Source: Candidatus Aminicenantes bacterium
Lineage (GTDB): Bacteria; Acidobacteriota; Aminicenantia; Aminicenantales; Saccharicenantaceae
Assembly: GCA_963754085.1 (NCBI GenBank)
Contig: CAVWFA010000012.1
Span: 38,638-102,637 of the forward strand
Direction: 5' to 3'
Length of the DNA stretch: 64,000 bases
The stretch's first letter is position 1. The number at the start of each line of letters is the position of its first letter. Positions 9,420 through 19,954 of this stretch are shown here, one piece after another. The translations under genes and the position numbers were made by a program. The notes beneath the pieces were generated by a model. That model was not told the DNA's origin, made no database searches, and saw only the letters and a program-made list of their open reading frames with translations.

Positions 9420-11898
9420 CGTTCCCCTCTCATCACGGTCCGTCCGACGATCCTCGGATCCGGATCGTCCGCCGACTTCAGGAACACCAGCTCGTACGGC
9501 TTTCCGGCGGCCCAGTCGCCGACGCGGTCGTCGTAGAACCTCGAGCCCGGATTCCCCGACTGCCCGCCGGGGTAATTCCCCCAGGCCTTGACCTCCGGGC
9601 CGAGCTCGACGACCATGCGCCAGGATGGCGCCCAGACGGAGCCGATGGCGTTGATGACCTGGCCGGCCCCGTCCGTCTCGATCTTCCGGCCGAAGGCCGG
9701 GATCCTGGCCAGATGCCTTATCTGGGTCCCCTTGGCCTTGCCCCACATCCAGGCCTCGCCGAACGGCCCCAGCCGCTTCTCGAGGTTGGCCGCCGCCGAT
9801 CGCAAAGCCCGTTCGGCGATCTCGGCCAGCGACTCCCGCTCCGGCGTCGATCGGTCGTCGAACCACGGCGCGTCGGGCTCGTTGAGCGCGAGGTCGGTCA
9901 TGACCTGGCTGGCCGGCCTGGACATCCGGCCCGTCGCCTCCGGCGTCTCGTCGTCCCAGGTCAGACGGTTGAGCTCGTCCCAGAGCTCGCGGAAGATCGT
10001 CGGCGCCGCCGAGGCCGCCCGGGCCTCGAGATCCCAGCCCTCGAGCTCCCGGAGGCAGGCTTTCTCGGCGCCCGTCACGGCCTTGTCCCGGACGAGGCGG
10101 AGCAGGCGCGGCAGGACCGCCCGGGCCCGGATGTCCAGAACGTCGGCCTGCATCAGGATCATGTCCTCCGCCGTGACCTGCCGGGCCGACCGCAGGATCT
10201 CGTTGATCCGGGCCCCCCGCTCGAACGACGCGTAGTCCCAGCCGAGATAATAGGGATAGCTCGCGTCGACGGCGGCCTGGTTCGCCGAGCTGACGAAACC
10301 CCGCTCCGGGTCCCGGACGTGCGGGACCTGCTCTCGCGGCACCCAGCCGTGCCACTCGTCGGCCGGATCGGCGCCGTCGAGGACGAAGCGGCCCTGTCCC
10401 TTCCGGCGCAGCGGGAACCGGCCGTTGTGCCAGATGGCGATCGTTCCCTCGCGGTCGGCGTAGACGAAATTCTGGGCCGGGCAGGCCCAGGGCTTGAGCG
10501 CCTCGACGAATTCATCGTAGTTCCCGGCCCTGTCCAGGGCATCGAGGGCCGCGAATTCGTTCGACGGCTCATGCGCGATCCACCGCAAGGCCGCGCCCGC
10601 GGGGACGTCCATGCCGGGGAAGGCCGGTTCGTCCTTCCAGCGGACGATCGGGCCGTAGTGGGTGGTGACCACCCGGTCGATGACGGTCTCGCCGTCCCGG
10701 ACCTCGATCCTCTCCTCGAGCACCCCGGCCTTGCGCCACTCGCCTCCGTACCGGTATTCGGCGTGGGTGTCATCCTTGAACGCGATGTCGTACCAGTCGA
10801 CGGCGTCGTCCGTGCCGTTGGTGAAGCCCCAGGCGATGTTCTCGTTGTAGCCCGCGATGACGAGCGGGGCCGCGGGGAAGGCGACGCCGCGGACGTTGAT
10901 CCCGGGGGCGGCGAGCTGCACCTCGTACCAGACCGCCGGCAGCGACAGCTCCAGGTGCATGTCGTTGCAGAGGATGGGCCGGCCGGTCCGGGTAAGTTTG
11001 CCGCTCACGGCCCAATTGTTGCTGCCGAGGCCCGGTCCGGTCCGGTAGCCGGGCGACGCGAACGCGTCGGCCGGCGCTTCCGGGCCGGCCTCGGGGTCCG
11101 CCCCCGTCCCGCCTTTCCGGGGCTCTGACGCGCCTGGGGGACCGGTCACGGCCTCCGGAGCGAAGTCCCAGGGCGTGCCCGGCGGGATGACGGCTCCACC
11201 AGAGGCGAGGCGAACGGGAAGAGCCTCTCGAGGGCCTTTTCCCACTCGCCGCCCCAGCCCTTCATCCGGGTCATGGCCGCGTCCTGGTTGTAGGAGGACA
11301 GGGAATAGGCCATGGCCTTGACGAGGAGGACGCATTTAAATTCCGACCAAGGCTCCGGCCGGTAGTCCAGGATCTTGTATTCGACGGGCAGGCCCTGACG
11401 GCCAAGGTCCCGAATGCGGGCGTTGACGCCGGCCGTGAAGGCCTCCAGGGCCTCCCGGGTCTTCGGATCGCCGCGCAAGGCCGCGAGGGCCTTCTCCGCG
11501 GCCCAGGGCATCCCGAAGCGCCGGGTGAAGATGTCCTGGCGCAGGCCGGCTTTCCCGACGATCTCGGAGATGCGGCCGGCCGTGTACTGCGCCTGGAAGT
11601 CCATCTGCCAGAGCCTGAGCGTAGCGGCCACGTAGCCCTGGGCGAGGAAGAGGTCGTGGTCGTTCCCGGCGAAGATGTGAGGGACGCGGCGATCGTCCCA
11701 GACGACCCGGACCTCCTGGCGCAGGCCGGGGACCTCGAGCGTCTCCGGGATGTCGTCCGACCGGGCGCCGTTCTGCCAGAATCCCGCGAACGGATCGAGC
11801 AGCCGGCCGAGGGCGGGGAACGTGCCGTGGCGGTTGTCGAGCGCCCAGAACGCCGCGGCCGCGAGGACGAGGGAAACGATGGCCCGGACCCGCTTCAT
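9416..11898 (-). CDS. Penicillin acylase family (S45, Ntn hydrolase), with the alpha and beta subunit regions both present. The frame is interrupted by a 1-bp indel near 11185.
   Basis: The N-terminal ORF (signal peptide, QGYVAATLRLWQMDF) and the C-terminal ORF (SNNWAVSG nucleophile motif) are in different frames. They can be joined across LVEPS|IPPGTPWDF. Confidence 0.7.
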
Positions 11899-11977
11899 GG
11901 GCTCCTCCTTCGCCCCTCTCTATACCATAGCGACTTCGGCGCTGGCAATCTGCTAGAATGGCCCGCGGGAGGGCGAC

Positions 11978-12667
11978 ATGACCGACGCGCCCGTCTTTAC
12001 CGGTTTCAGCAAGGAGACCGTGCGCTTCTACGCCGAGCTCCGGAAGAACAACAACAAGCCGTGGTTCGAGGACCATCGCGGGATCTTCGAGGGCCACGCC
12101 ATGGCCGAGGCCAAGCTCTTCGTCGTGGCCATGGGGGAGAGGCTGAAAAAGATCGCGCCGGGCCTCGTCGCCGTCCCCGCGGTCAACAAGTCCATCTTCC
12201 GCATCTACCGCGACACCCGCTTCAGCCTGGACCCGACGCCCTACAAAACGCACCTGGGCATCTACTTCTGGGACGGCTCCAGGCCGAAGATGGAATCGGC
12301 CGGCTTTTATTTCCAGCTCGAGCCGCCCGACCTCTACATGGGCGGCGGCATGTACATGATCCCCGACAACCTGCTCGACCGCTACCGGAGGGCCGTCGTC
12401 GACAGGACCCGCGGCCCGCAGATCGGGAAGATCGTGGCCGCGCTGCGGGCCCGGCCGGGCTTCACGGTGGAGGGCGTCCACTACAAGCGCGTTCCGGCGG
12501 GCTTCGACCCCGGCCACCCCAACGCGGAGCTGCTCAAGCACAAAGGGCTCTACGCGGGGATCGAGGAGAAGATCCCCGGGGAGTTCTATTCGGCCAAGCT
12601 CATCGATCATTGTCTCGAGCGCTTCGAGCCGATCGTCCCGCTGAACCGCTGGCTGATGAAGCTCTGA
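11978..12667 (+). CDS. DUF2461 (TIGR02453) family protein.
   Basis: A 229-aa protein containing the characteristic NNNKPWFEDHR...IYRDTRFS motifs. Confidence 0.6.
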   Translation: MTDAPVFTGFSKETVRFYAELRKNNNKPWFEDHRGIFEGHAMAEAKLFVVAMGERLKKIAPGLVAVPAVNKSIFRIYRDTRFSLDPTPYKTHLGIYFWDGSRPKMESAGFYFQLEPPDLYMGGGMYMIPDNLLDRYRRAVVDRTRGPQIGKIVAALRARPGFTVEGVHYKRVPAGFDPGHPNAELLKHKGLYAGIEEKIPGEFYSAKLIDHCLERFEPIVPLNRWLMKL

Positions 12668-12671
12668 AATA

Positions 12672-12695
12672 GGGGGACATGATACCCGTTTCCCA
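12672..12695. repeat. Family B repeat, solo half-copy (GGGGGACATGATACCCGTTTCCCA).
   Basis: Identical to the left arm of the 15448-15505 palindrome. It lies 4 nt after the DUF2461 stop codon. Confidence 0.8.
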
Positions 12696-12751
12696 TTTAT
12701 TCGTACCTCACGGTTTCTCCTGAGCTGATGCGGGAACATGAAGAGGGGTTC

Positions 12752-13925
12752 ATGAAAAGAAGAACACTGGTCGCCGCCCTGGCGTATCGCCATGGCCGCC
12801 GCCGAGCCGGCCTGCGCCAGGAAGGCCGGGCCGCTCCCGGTCCGGTTTCGCGCGGCTACACGATCCCGCTCATCGACTTGGCCGCCGATGCGTCGCGCCG
12901 GACCGTCGTCGACCGCGAGCCCGGGCAGTACCTGGGGCATCCGACGACCGTTCTGCTCGAGGACGGCCGGACGATGTCGCCGTCTATCCCCAGGGCCACG
13001 GCCGCGGCGCCGATCGTCCTGAAGCGGAGCGGCGACGGCGGCCTGACCTGGAGCGGGCGCCTGCCCGTGCCGGAGAACTGGGCCACCTCGCTCGAGACGC
13101 CGACCATCCACCGCGTCGTCGGGCCGGACGGGACGAAGCGGCTCATCGTCTGGTCGGGGCTCTACCCGGCCCGCCTGGCGGTCTCCGAGCGACGACGCGG
13201 CGACATGGACGCCGCTCGCGCCGGCCGGGGACTGGGGCGGCATCGTGGTCATGTCGGCGCTCGTCGAGCTGCAGGCCGTTCGGCCGCGGCCGCTACATGG
13301 CCATGTTCCACGACGACGGCCGCTTTTTCGCCAAAGAGGCCCGCGCAGGAGAAGCCGCCGCGTCTTCACCCTCTATGCGACGTTCTCCGAGGACGGGGGC
13401 CTGACCTGGTCCTTCCCGCGGGCGGTCCACGCGGCGTCCGAGGTCCATCTCTGCGAGCCGGGGATCGTCCGCTCGCCCGACGGCCGGACGCTGGCCGCGC
13501 TCCTGCGCGAGAACAGCCGGACCCGCAACTCGTTACGTCATCTTCTCGAAAGACGAGGGCCAGACCTGGACTGCGCCGCGCGAGCTGCCGGGCTCGCTCA
13601 CCGGGGACCGCCACACCGGCGAAGTACGCTCCGGACGGACGGCTCTTCATCTCCTTCCGCGACATGACCCACGACAGCCCGACGCACGGCGATTGGGTGG
13701 CCTGGGTCGGCACGTTCGACGACATCGTCAAGGGCCGCGAGGGCCAGTACCGCGTCCGGCTCATGGACAACACCAAGGACGCCGATTGCGCCTATCCCGG
13801 CGTGGAGGTCCTGCCGGACGGCACGTTCGTCGCTGACGACCTACGGTCACTGGACGTCCGGCGAACCGCCCTACATCGTCAGCGTGCGGCTCAAGCTCGA
13901 CGAGCTCGACCGCCTCGCCCGCTGA
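12752..13925 (+). pseudogene. BNR/exo-alpha-sialidase-like gene disrupted by at least 8 separate 1-bp indels.
   Basis: Recognisable sialidase-like segments (SGDGGLTWS, SDDAATWTPLAPAGDWGGIVVMSALVELQ, GRYMAMFHDDGRFFAKE, TLYATFSEDGGLTWS, RNSYVIFSKDEGQTWTAPREL, KYAPDGRLFISFRDMTHD, TTYGHWTSGEPPYIVSVRLKLDEL) appear alternately in all three forward frames. Confidence 0.6.
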
Positions 13926-13991
13926 TTCCGGGGGGCGCCGGAATTGGACGGCCGGTCCCGTTCCGTTTACAATGGAGACGAAGGTCCCGTG

Positions 13992-15484
13992 ATGAGACCC
14001 GAACGCCTTCCTCTTCCCCTTCTCGTGAGCATGGCCGTCGCCGCGGGCGCGCTGTTCGTCGGCGTTTCGCGGGCCCAGGAATTCGCGACAGGCGACGCTC
14101 GTCGAGCGGGCCGTCTGTCTGAAGGACCCCGGACAGAGCTACGCGCCTCTATCTGCCGTCTTCGTTCGACCCGGCGAGGACGTGGCCCGTCCTTTTCCTC
14201 TTCGATTCGGGCGCGCGCGGATCGTTGGCGGTCGCGGCGTTCAGGGAGGCGGCCGAGACCTACGGGTGGATCCTCATCGGCTCCAACAATTCGCACAACG
14301 GTCCCCAGCGGGACAACGCCCTGGCCGCCCAGGCCGTCTGGGCGGACGCTCTGACGCGGCTGCCGATCGACGCCCGGCGCGTCTACGCCTCCGGCTTTTC
14401 CGGCGGGGCCCGCGCCGCGTCGGCCTTTCCGCAATACGTCGGCCGCGCCATCGCGGGAGTCGTCGGCTGCGGCGCCGGGATCGCCACGGGCCTCGATCCC
14501 GGGAGCCTGGACGCGGCGGCCTATTTCGGCCTGGCGGGATTGGCGGACTTCAACTACGGCGAAATGAAGGGCCTCGACCGGGCCCTCGATCCCTCCGGCC
14601 TCCCGCACGCGTTTTACTATTTCGAAGGAACGCACGATTGGCCGGACCCGTCTTCGTGCGCCCGGGCCGCCGGCTGGATGGAAGTCATGGCCATGCAGCA
14701 GGGGCTTCGTCCGACGGACCCCGCGCTGGCCGCAATCGTGATCGAGCGCGAGCTCGAGGAAGCCCGGACGCTCGAGGACGCGGGCCGGATCTATTGGGCC
14801 GGCGAACGGCTCGAGGCCGCGGCGCTCCTGGCCCGGGGACTGGACCTCGACCTGGCGGGCCTGCAGGACCTGCCTTCGCGCGTCGCGAAGCTGAAAGCCC
14901 GGACGGAATACCGGCAATTCCTCGACGCCGAAAAGGCCAGGGACCGGAAGGAGGCGGAATTCCGGACGAGTTTCGGCCGGGCCTTCGGCGCTGTCGAAGA
15001 CCCGGATACGGGCGGCTCGTCAGCCGTGCCGAAGGTGCTTCAGGAGATGCGGATCGGGTTCTTCAAAAAGGACGCGAAAACCGCCAAGACGGTCGAAGAG
15101 CGGAGCCTGGCGTCACGGCTCCTCTTCGAGTTCAGCCTGGCCGCTCAGGCCCGGGCCGTCGCCCTCTATGACCGGCGCGATTTCGGCCGGTCCGCGGCCT
15201 ATGGGGACCTCGCGATCGCCGCATGCGAGGAGGGGCTACCCCGGGAAAAGGGTCTTTATTACAGCAGGGCGAGCGTCGCCGCGGTTTCGGGCGACAGGAA
15301 AACGGCGCTGAAATGCCTGTCCACCGCCGTGGACAAGGGCTTCGTCGATCTCGGGCTCCTCGAAAGGGACGGCGATTTCGATCCGATCAGGGACACGGCA
15401 GGGTTCCGTGAGATCCTGGAACGGGTCAGGCAGGCCCGGGAGAAAAAGGGGGACATGATACCCGTTTCCCAATTCATTAAATAG
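13992..15484 (+). CDS. Secreted alpha/beta-hydrolase (esterase/depolymerase-like) with a C-terminal TPR-like region. Two frameshifts lie near 14095 and 14150.
   Basis: A signal peptide (MRPERLPLPLLVSMAVAAGALFVGVSRAQEF) is followed by ATLVERAVCLKDPGQSYA in the +1 frame, then LYLPSSFDPARTWPVLFLFDSGARGSLAVAAF...GFSGGARAA (nucleophile elbow) in a third frame. Confidence 0.55.
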
Positions 15485-15511
15485 GAAACGGGTATCATGT
15501 CCCCCTTTTTT
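15448..15511. terminator. Family B perfect palindrome (22-bp stem, 14-nt loop) followed by TTTTTT and preceded by an A-run. It probably acts as a bidirectional intrinsic terminator between convergent genes.
   Basis: GGGGGACATGATACCCGTTTCC-caattcattaaata-GGAAACGGGTATCATGTCCCCC-TTTTTT. The left arm also encodes the last 8 codons of the esterase. Confidence 0.7.
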
Positions 15512-18500
15512 CAGCGGAGGACCAGCAGCCGGCCCTGGCCGGGCTCGACGCGGATCGGGTCGCCGGGCTTGAATTCGGCCGCGTCCTGGAACTTGTCGAT
15601 GGCCGGGGCGGTCAGCACGGCCTTCTTCGGATCGAGGCCGAGCTTCTTCCAATCGATCGCCAGGCGGACGTCGACGGCGCCCTTGGCCCAGGAGGCGAGG
15701 GTGATCATCGCCGTGTTGCCGGCCCCCGCGCCCTTCCGGACGAACGTCGTCGCCAGCACCTCCCGGTTCCCCGTCTTGACCGGATTCGCGTCGACCCACC
15801 AGCCGATCATCTCGCTGGCCGTGATCCCGAACTCGTCCCAAACCTTCCAGAGCGGCCGCGGGTCGCCCGCCCAGGGTAGGCGCGCCGTCATCCCGAAGAC
15901 CATGCCGCGCCAGGCGTTGCCGCCGTCCTGGAGCATCTCGCCCATGAGACCGAAGGGCAGCCCCGACACCTCGACCAGCCAGTAGTCCGGGCCGCTCCCG
16001 TTGTAGTCGAAATATTCGCCGAACCAGAGGCGGTTCAGATAGGGGAAATGCTCGAGGTAGAGGTTGGCGCTCGAGGCGAAGCCGTCGCGGACGTTGTACT
16101 GGTTGGCGCTGTGGAGGTCGATGAGGGCCCCGGGCCGGTTGCGGTCGAGGACCTTGCGGACCCGTTTCATGGTCGTCCGGTCGAAGGCGACGTCGTCGAG
16201 GTAGAGGCCGTCGATGCCGACGTTCTTGGCCACCCAGTCGAGCCCCTCGATGTAGTAGTTGTGCCAGCGCGACATGCCGCTGTTGATGACCGCGGCGTCC
16301 TTGAGCTCGGGCACGAACCAGGCGGCGATGTAGTCGCCCCCGAGGTGCTCCTGGAGCCAGGAATAGCCGCCGCCCGGCCCCGGCGTGAAGATCTCGTGGC
16401 CGAGGCTGCGCAGGGCGAAGAGCTCCGGAGCGCGGTTGGAGAGCTCGCGCACGGTGTCGTAGATCTTGACCCTGAAGCCGCGCCGGTGGGCGTCGTCGAT
16501 GTAGGCCTTCATCTCGGCGACGCGCAGGAAGGGGTAGTTGATGTAGGGATTGACGGCGTTGGCGTGGTGGACGTTGATGACGTTGGCCCCGGTCGCGGCG
16601 ATCTTGTCGAGGGGCTCGAAGGCGTGGAAGTAGCGCTCCTTGAAATGAGCGGGCGGATCGAGGGGCTTGAACGGGGTGAGGAGAAGGGTGAAGTCGAAGC
16701 GGAGGGTCTCGCCCCGGCGGATCGTCCGGGCCCCGGACGCGGCGCACATGACGACGGCGCGGGCCTTGGCGCCGGCCTGGCCCGGTCCCGCCGTCCGCAC
16801 GGTCACCGTGCCCTTGCCGCCGTTCCACCAGGACGGCGGCATGTTCAGGGGCTTCGACAGGTAGAAATTCGTGTTGAGCGGCCGCGAATAGTTCTCGGCC
16901 CGCAGTCCGACCTGGAGCCCGGCGTTGACCGATCCGATCCAGAGCGCGTCCTGGTTCTTTTTCTGGTCCCAGGCCCAGTCGAACGTCTCGGGACGGGCGC
17001 CGCCCTTGTAGCCGAGGCCCATCATGTACCCGGCGGCCTCCGGACTCCAGGGCACTTCGAGCCGGATGTCCGCGACGGACGCGTCGCTCTGGGCGGAGAC
17101 GGCGACCTTGTACTCGACGAACCCGTCGAATTCCATGCGGGCCTCGACCCGCATGAGGAAGCCGCCGTTGCAGTTGTCGGCTTCCCAGACGACCGCCCCG
17201 GGACCGCGCCGGCCCACCCGCGGACCGGTGACGCTCGGCGTCCAGACGTGCTCCTTCCCGTCCTTGCCGATGACCCGGAGCCGGATCGGGCCGGCCGTCA
17301 CGGGAACGGGCTTGGACTGCAGGCGGGTCATCTCGGGCGCGAAGTAGCTCTGGATGAGGGCCGGGAAGCCGTCCCGGCCGATGGTCAAAGAGCGCCCGAG
17401 GCAGCGGACCGTGAACGTGTCGACCGTAAGAGGCGTATAAGGCCGGACGATGTCGTCGTCCTGGGCCAGCCGTCGAATCGAGCCAATGCAGCCGGGACAT
17501 GCGGTAGGGATCGTCGTCGGCCGAGCATCGGGGAGAGGGGCTCCGTCGTGACGTACGGCGCGATTCGAGGATCGTCGCGGCCAGTCCGTTGGGCGCGACG
17601 GTGACCGTCCCGTCGTAGACGCCGAAACGGGCATCGGGAGCGGCATCTGGATGCCGCACCAGAGGGCCTGGACCTTGCCTTTGTCGATGGAGACTTTCTT
17701 CCGGAAGGCCTTCCCGTCCCAGCCGATCCCGCCGGTGTTGATGCAGGTCAGGGCCGAGGCGGGGATGACCGCCGGCTTGGCGGGATCGCCCGTTTCGTTT
17801 CCGAAAGGACGCCACACATAGTCCGAAAACCTCACCTCGAGGTCCTCGACGGCCTGCCGGGCGGCCCAAACCCCGATCTGGAAGGTCGCAAAGTCTCCGT
17901 AATGCCCATCCACTTGATGTCCCCCCGACCACGTCGGGTCGGCCCAATGCCGAGGCAGGTCGTCCGTCATCCGGATGGACATCGTCCGATCTTCGGGAAA
18001 GAGAAGATAGGCCGTGTCGGGATTGCGGGCAAGGAGCGCCCGCACCTCCGCGGCCGTGGCGATCTCCTCCATCATCGTGAACATGTTGAAATCGTCGACG
18101 GACTCGATCCTGACGAACGCGGCTTCGGGGATCGATCCGGAGACAGGGAGCGGGGCCGAGCTGCCGGCCGCCGGGAGCCCGTTGGCGAGGAGCCAGGCAG
18201 GCTCGGCCGTCTCCTTCGGCGGGTCGTATTTGACGTTCGGATAGTTCTTGCGGCCTTCGGACTTGTAGGGCATGTAATAGAAATAGTATTCGCCGGGCAC
18301 GGTGCGGGGCTCGAAGACGAAGTCGCCGGATTCGCGGTCGACGGCGAGAGCGAGGACGTTGCCGACGCGCTCGCCCGTGGCCGCGTCGACGACGATGACG
18401 GCCTTCTTGCCGGGTTCCGCGTCGCGGCGCCGCCAGGGAATGACGACCCGGACGGCGGCGGGCTTGGCGATCTTCGGTGCGGTCGGGGCCTCGACGCGGA

Positions 18501-18675
18501 CGACCGCTCGATGATTACCCAATCCCGTCTCAGAGTCCCAACTCGCGTCGCCGGACTTGCCGGTCTCTCCCTGAGGCGTGCAGGCCGCGAAGAGGGGCGG
18601 CACAATGAGCAGAACGACCAGCATGGCCATTGTTCCAGGGGTCATCGTTCTTTTCGAGGCTTCCGGATCTTTCAT
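15511..18675 (-). CDS. Large secreted lipoprotein, DUF4091/glycoside-hydrolase-like, of about 1050 aa. There are probably two compensating frameshifts near 17540-17660.
   Basis: A long ORF with a signal peptide and lipobox (LFAAC). The segment ARFGVYDGTVTVAPNGLAATILE appears in a second frame within the weak region. Confidence 0.5.
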   Translation of the reverse strand: MKDPEASKRTMTPGTMAMLVVLLIVPPLFAACTPQGETGKSGDASWDSETGLGNHRAVVRVEAPTAPKIAKPAAVRVVIPWRRRDAEPGKKAVIVVDAATGERVGNVLALAVDRESGDFVFEPRTVPGEYYFYYMPYKSEGRKNYPNVKYDPPKETAEPAWLLANGLPAAGSSAPLPVSGSIPEAAFVRIESVDDFNMFTMMEEIATAAEVRALLARNPDTAYLLFPEDRTMSIRMTDDLPRHWADPTWSGGHQVDGHYGDFATFQIGVWAARQAVEDLEVRFSDYVWRPFGNETGDPAKPAVIPASALTCINTGGIGWDGKAFRKKVSIDKGKVQALWCGIQMPLPMPVSASTTGRSPSRPTDWPRRSSNRAVRHDGAPLPDARPTTIPTACPGCIGSIRRLAQDDDIVRPYTPLTVDTFTVRCLGRSLTIGRDGFPALIQSYFAPEMTRLQSKPVPVTAGPIRLRVIGKDGKEHVWTPSVTGPRVGRRGPGAVVWEADNCNGGFLMRVEARMEFDGFVEYKVAVSAQSDASVADIRLEVPWSPEAAGYMMGLGYKGGARPETFDWAWDQKKNQDALWIGSVNAGLQVGLRAENYSRPLNTNFYLSKPLNMPPSWWNGGKGTVTVRTAGPGQAGAKARAVVMCAASGARTIRRGETLRFDFTLLLTPFKPLDPPAHFKERYFHAFEPLDKIAATGANVINVHHANAVNPYINYPFLRVAEMKAYIDDAHRRGFRVKIYDTVRELSNRAPELFALRSLGHEIFTPGPGGGYSWLQEHLGGDYIAAWFVPELKDAAVINSGMSRWHNYYIEGLDWVAKNVGIDGLYLDDVAFDRTTMKRVRKVLDRNRPGALIDLHSANQYNVRDGFASSANLYLEHFPYLNRLWFGEYFDYNGSGPDYWLVEVSGLPFGLMGEMLQDGGNAWRGMVFGMTARLPWAGDPRPLWKVWDEFGITASEMIGWWVDANPVKTGNREVLATTFVRKGAGAGNTAMITLASWAKGAVDVRLAIDWKKLGLDPKKAVLTAPAIDKFQDAAEFKPGDPIRVEPGQGRLLVLR

Positions 18676-18787
18676 TTTCGCCGCCTTGCCAAGAATCGGG
18701 ACCGGGAAGACACTTAAGGGCCCCCAATTTATAAGGGCGGACGGGGGATGTCAAGTTACCGGGTTTTTGGGCTGGAAAATTAATAAC

Positions 18788-18831
18788 TTGACAAACATAC
18801 TACTATGTATTACATTGTATATGGTTATGAA
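18788..18831 (+). promoter_or_regulatory. Putative sigma70 promoter (-35 TTGACA, 17-nt spacer, -10 TACATT) overlapping a palindrome ATGTATTACAT. This is a likely PadR autoregulatory operator.
   Basis: The motifs are read directly from the AT-rich region upstream of the PadR gene. Confidence 0.3.
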
Positions 18832-19221
18832 ATGGAAAACAAAACGACACAGCTGAGAAAAGGGATCCTGGAGCTGGCCATCTTGGGGTGTCTCTCGAGG
18901 GGTCGCCACTACGGCTATTCCCTCGTCAGGACGATCGCCGGGCAGTCCGAGATCGACCTGACCGAAGGCACGATCTACCCCATCCTCGGGCGGCTGGCCA
19001 AGGAAGGGCTCGTCCGGTCCGAATGGGTCGAATCGAGCCAGGGTCCGCCCCGCAAGTACTACACGCTGACCCCCAAGGGGGAAGATGCTTTTCACGTTCT
19101 CGACGGGGAATTCCGGAAGCTGGCCGCGATCGTGGCCAATTCCCGGACCGCCGCCGTTCCCGACGAACGGGACGGAAGCCTCGGCGTTATTGACGTCATC
19201 AAGGAGTCGAACAATGGCTAA
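18832..19221 (+). CDS. PadR-family transcriptional regulator.
   Basis: The winged-helix motifs LRKGILELAILGCL...YGYSL...EGTIYPILGRLAKEGLV are present. Confidence 0.75.
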   Translation: MENKTTQLRKGILELAILGCLSRGRHYGYSLVRTIAGQSEIDLTEGTIYPILGRLAKEGLVRSEWVESSQGPPRKYYTLTPKGEDAFHVLDGEFRKLAAIVANSRTAAVPDERDGSLGVIDVIKESNNG

Positions 19222-19891
19222 CGGTTTCAGCGGCCCGGTCGCCCAGATCGTCGACAACTATCTCGAGCGTTTGAAGAAGGGGCTCAAAGGCATCCCCGCC
19301 CAGGACCAGGAGGAGCTGGTCAAGGAGATCAACTCCCACATCTACGAGTCTTTCCGCGCCGATCCCGCGCCCGACGAGGTCGCCCGCATCCTCAGGGTCC
19401 TCGACAAGCTCGGCGAGCCGGCCGCCGTCATCGCGGCCCGCATGCCCGAAGCCATGGTCACGCTCGGCAAAAAGAAGAAGCTGCCCTTCCTGATCCTGGC
19501 CGGCCTCCTCATCGCGTTCTTCGGCGTCCCGCTCGGCCTGGGCGGCCTGAGCGCGGCTGTCGGTGTGCTCCTTGGCGTGCTGGCCCTCGTCCTGGCCTTC
19601 TACATCGTCGCGTTCAGCCTCATCCTGACGGGTTGGTTGAGCGCCGTGATCATGATCGTCCGCATCTTCAGCCCCGGGTTCCTCGATCCCTGGATCGACA
19701 TCTATCCCCTCGTTTCCGATCCGACGTTCAACACGGTCATTTATATCGTCGGGGCCCTCCTGATCGCGGCCCTCGGATTCGGGCTTCTCTGGCTGGGGTC
19801 CCGGATGATGAGGGGGATCCGGTTCGTCTTCCGGTTCCTCTTCCAAAAAGTGAAGAACTGGCGCAAGAAGGGGCCAGCGCAGGCCCAATAG
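19215..19891 (+). CDS. DUF1700-like membrane protein, the usual partner of PadR.
   Basis: It overlaps the padR stop codon. The N-terminal soluble domain is followed by 3-4 TM helices. Confidence 0.55.
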
Positions 19892-19905
19892 TCTGGGGAA
19901 AAAAA

Positions 19906-19934
19906 GGGGACACGTCCCGAAGGGACATGTCCCC
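19906..19934. terminator. Hairpin GGGGACACGTCCC-gaa-GGGACATGTCCCC between convergent genes, preceded by an A-run. It is a probable terminator for the minus-strand hppA.
   Basis: The palindrome is read directly from the sequence. Confidence 0.45.
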
Positions 19935-19954
19935 GAGTCAGCGTCCTGAGAAGC

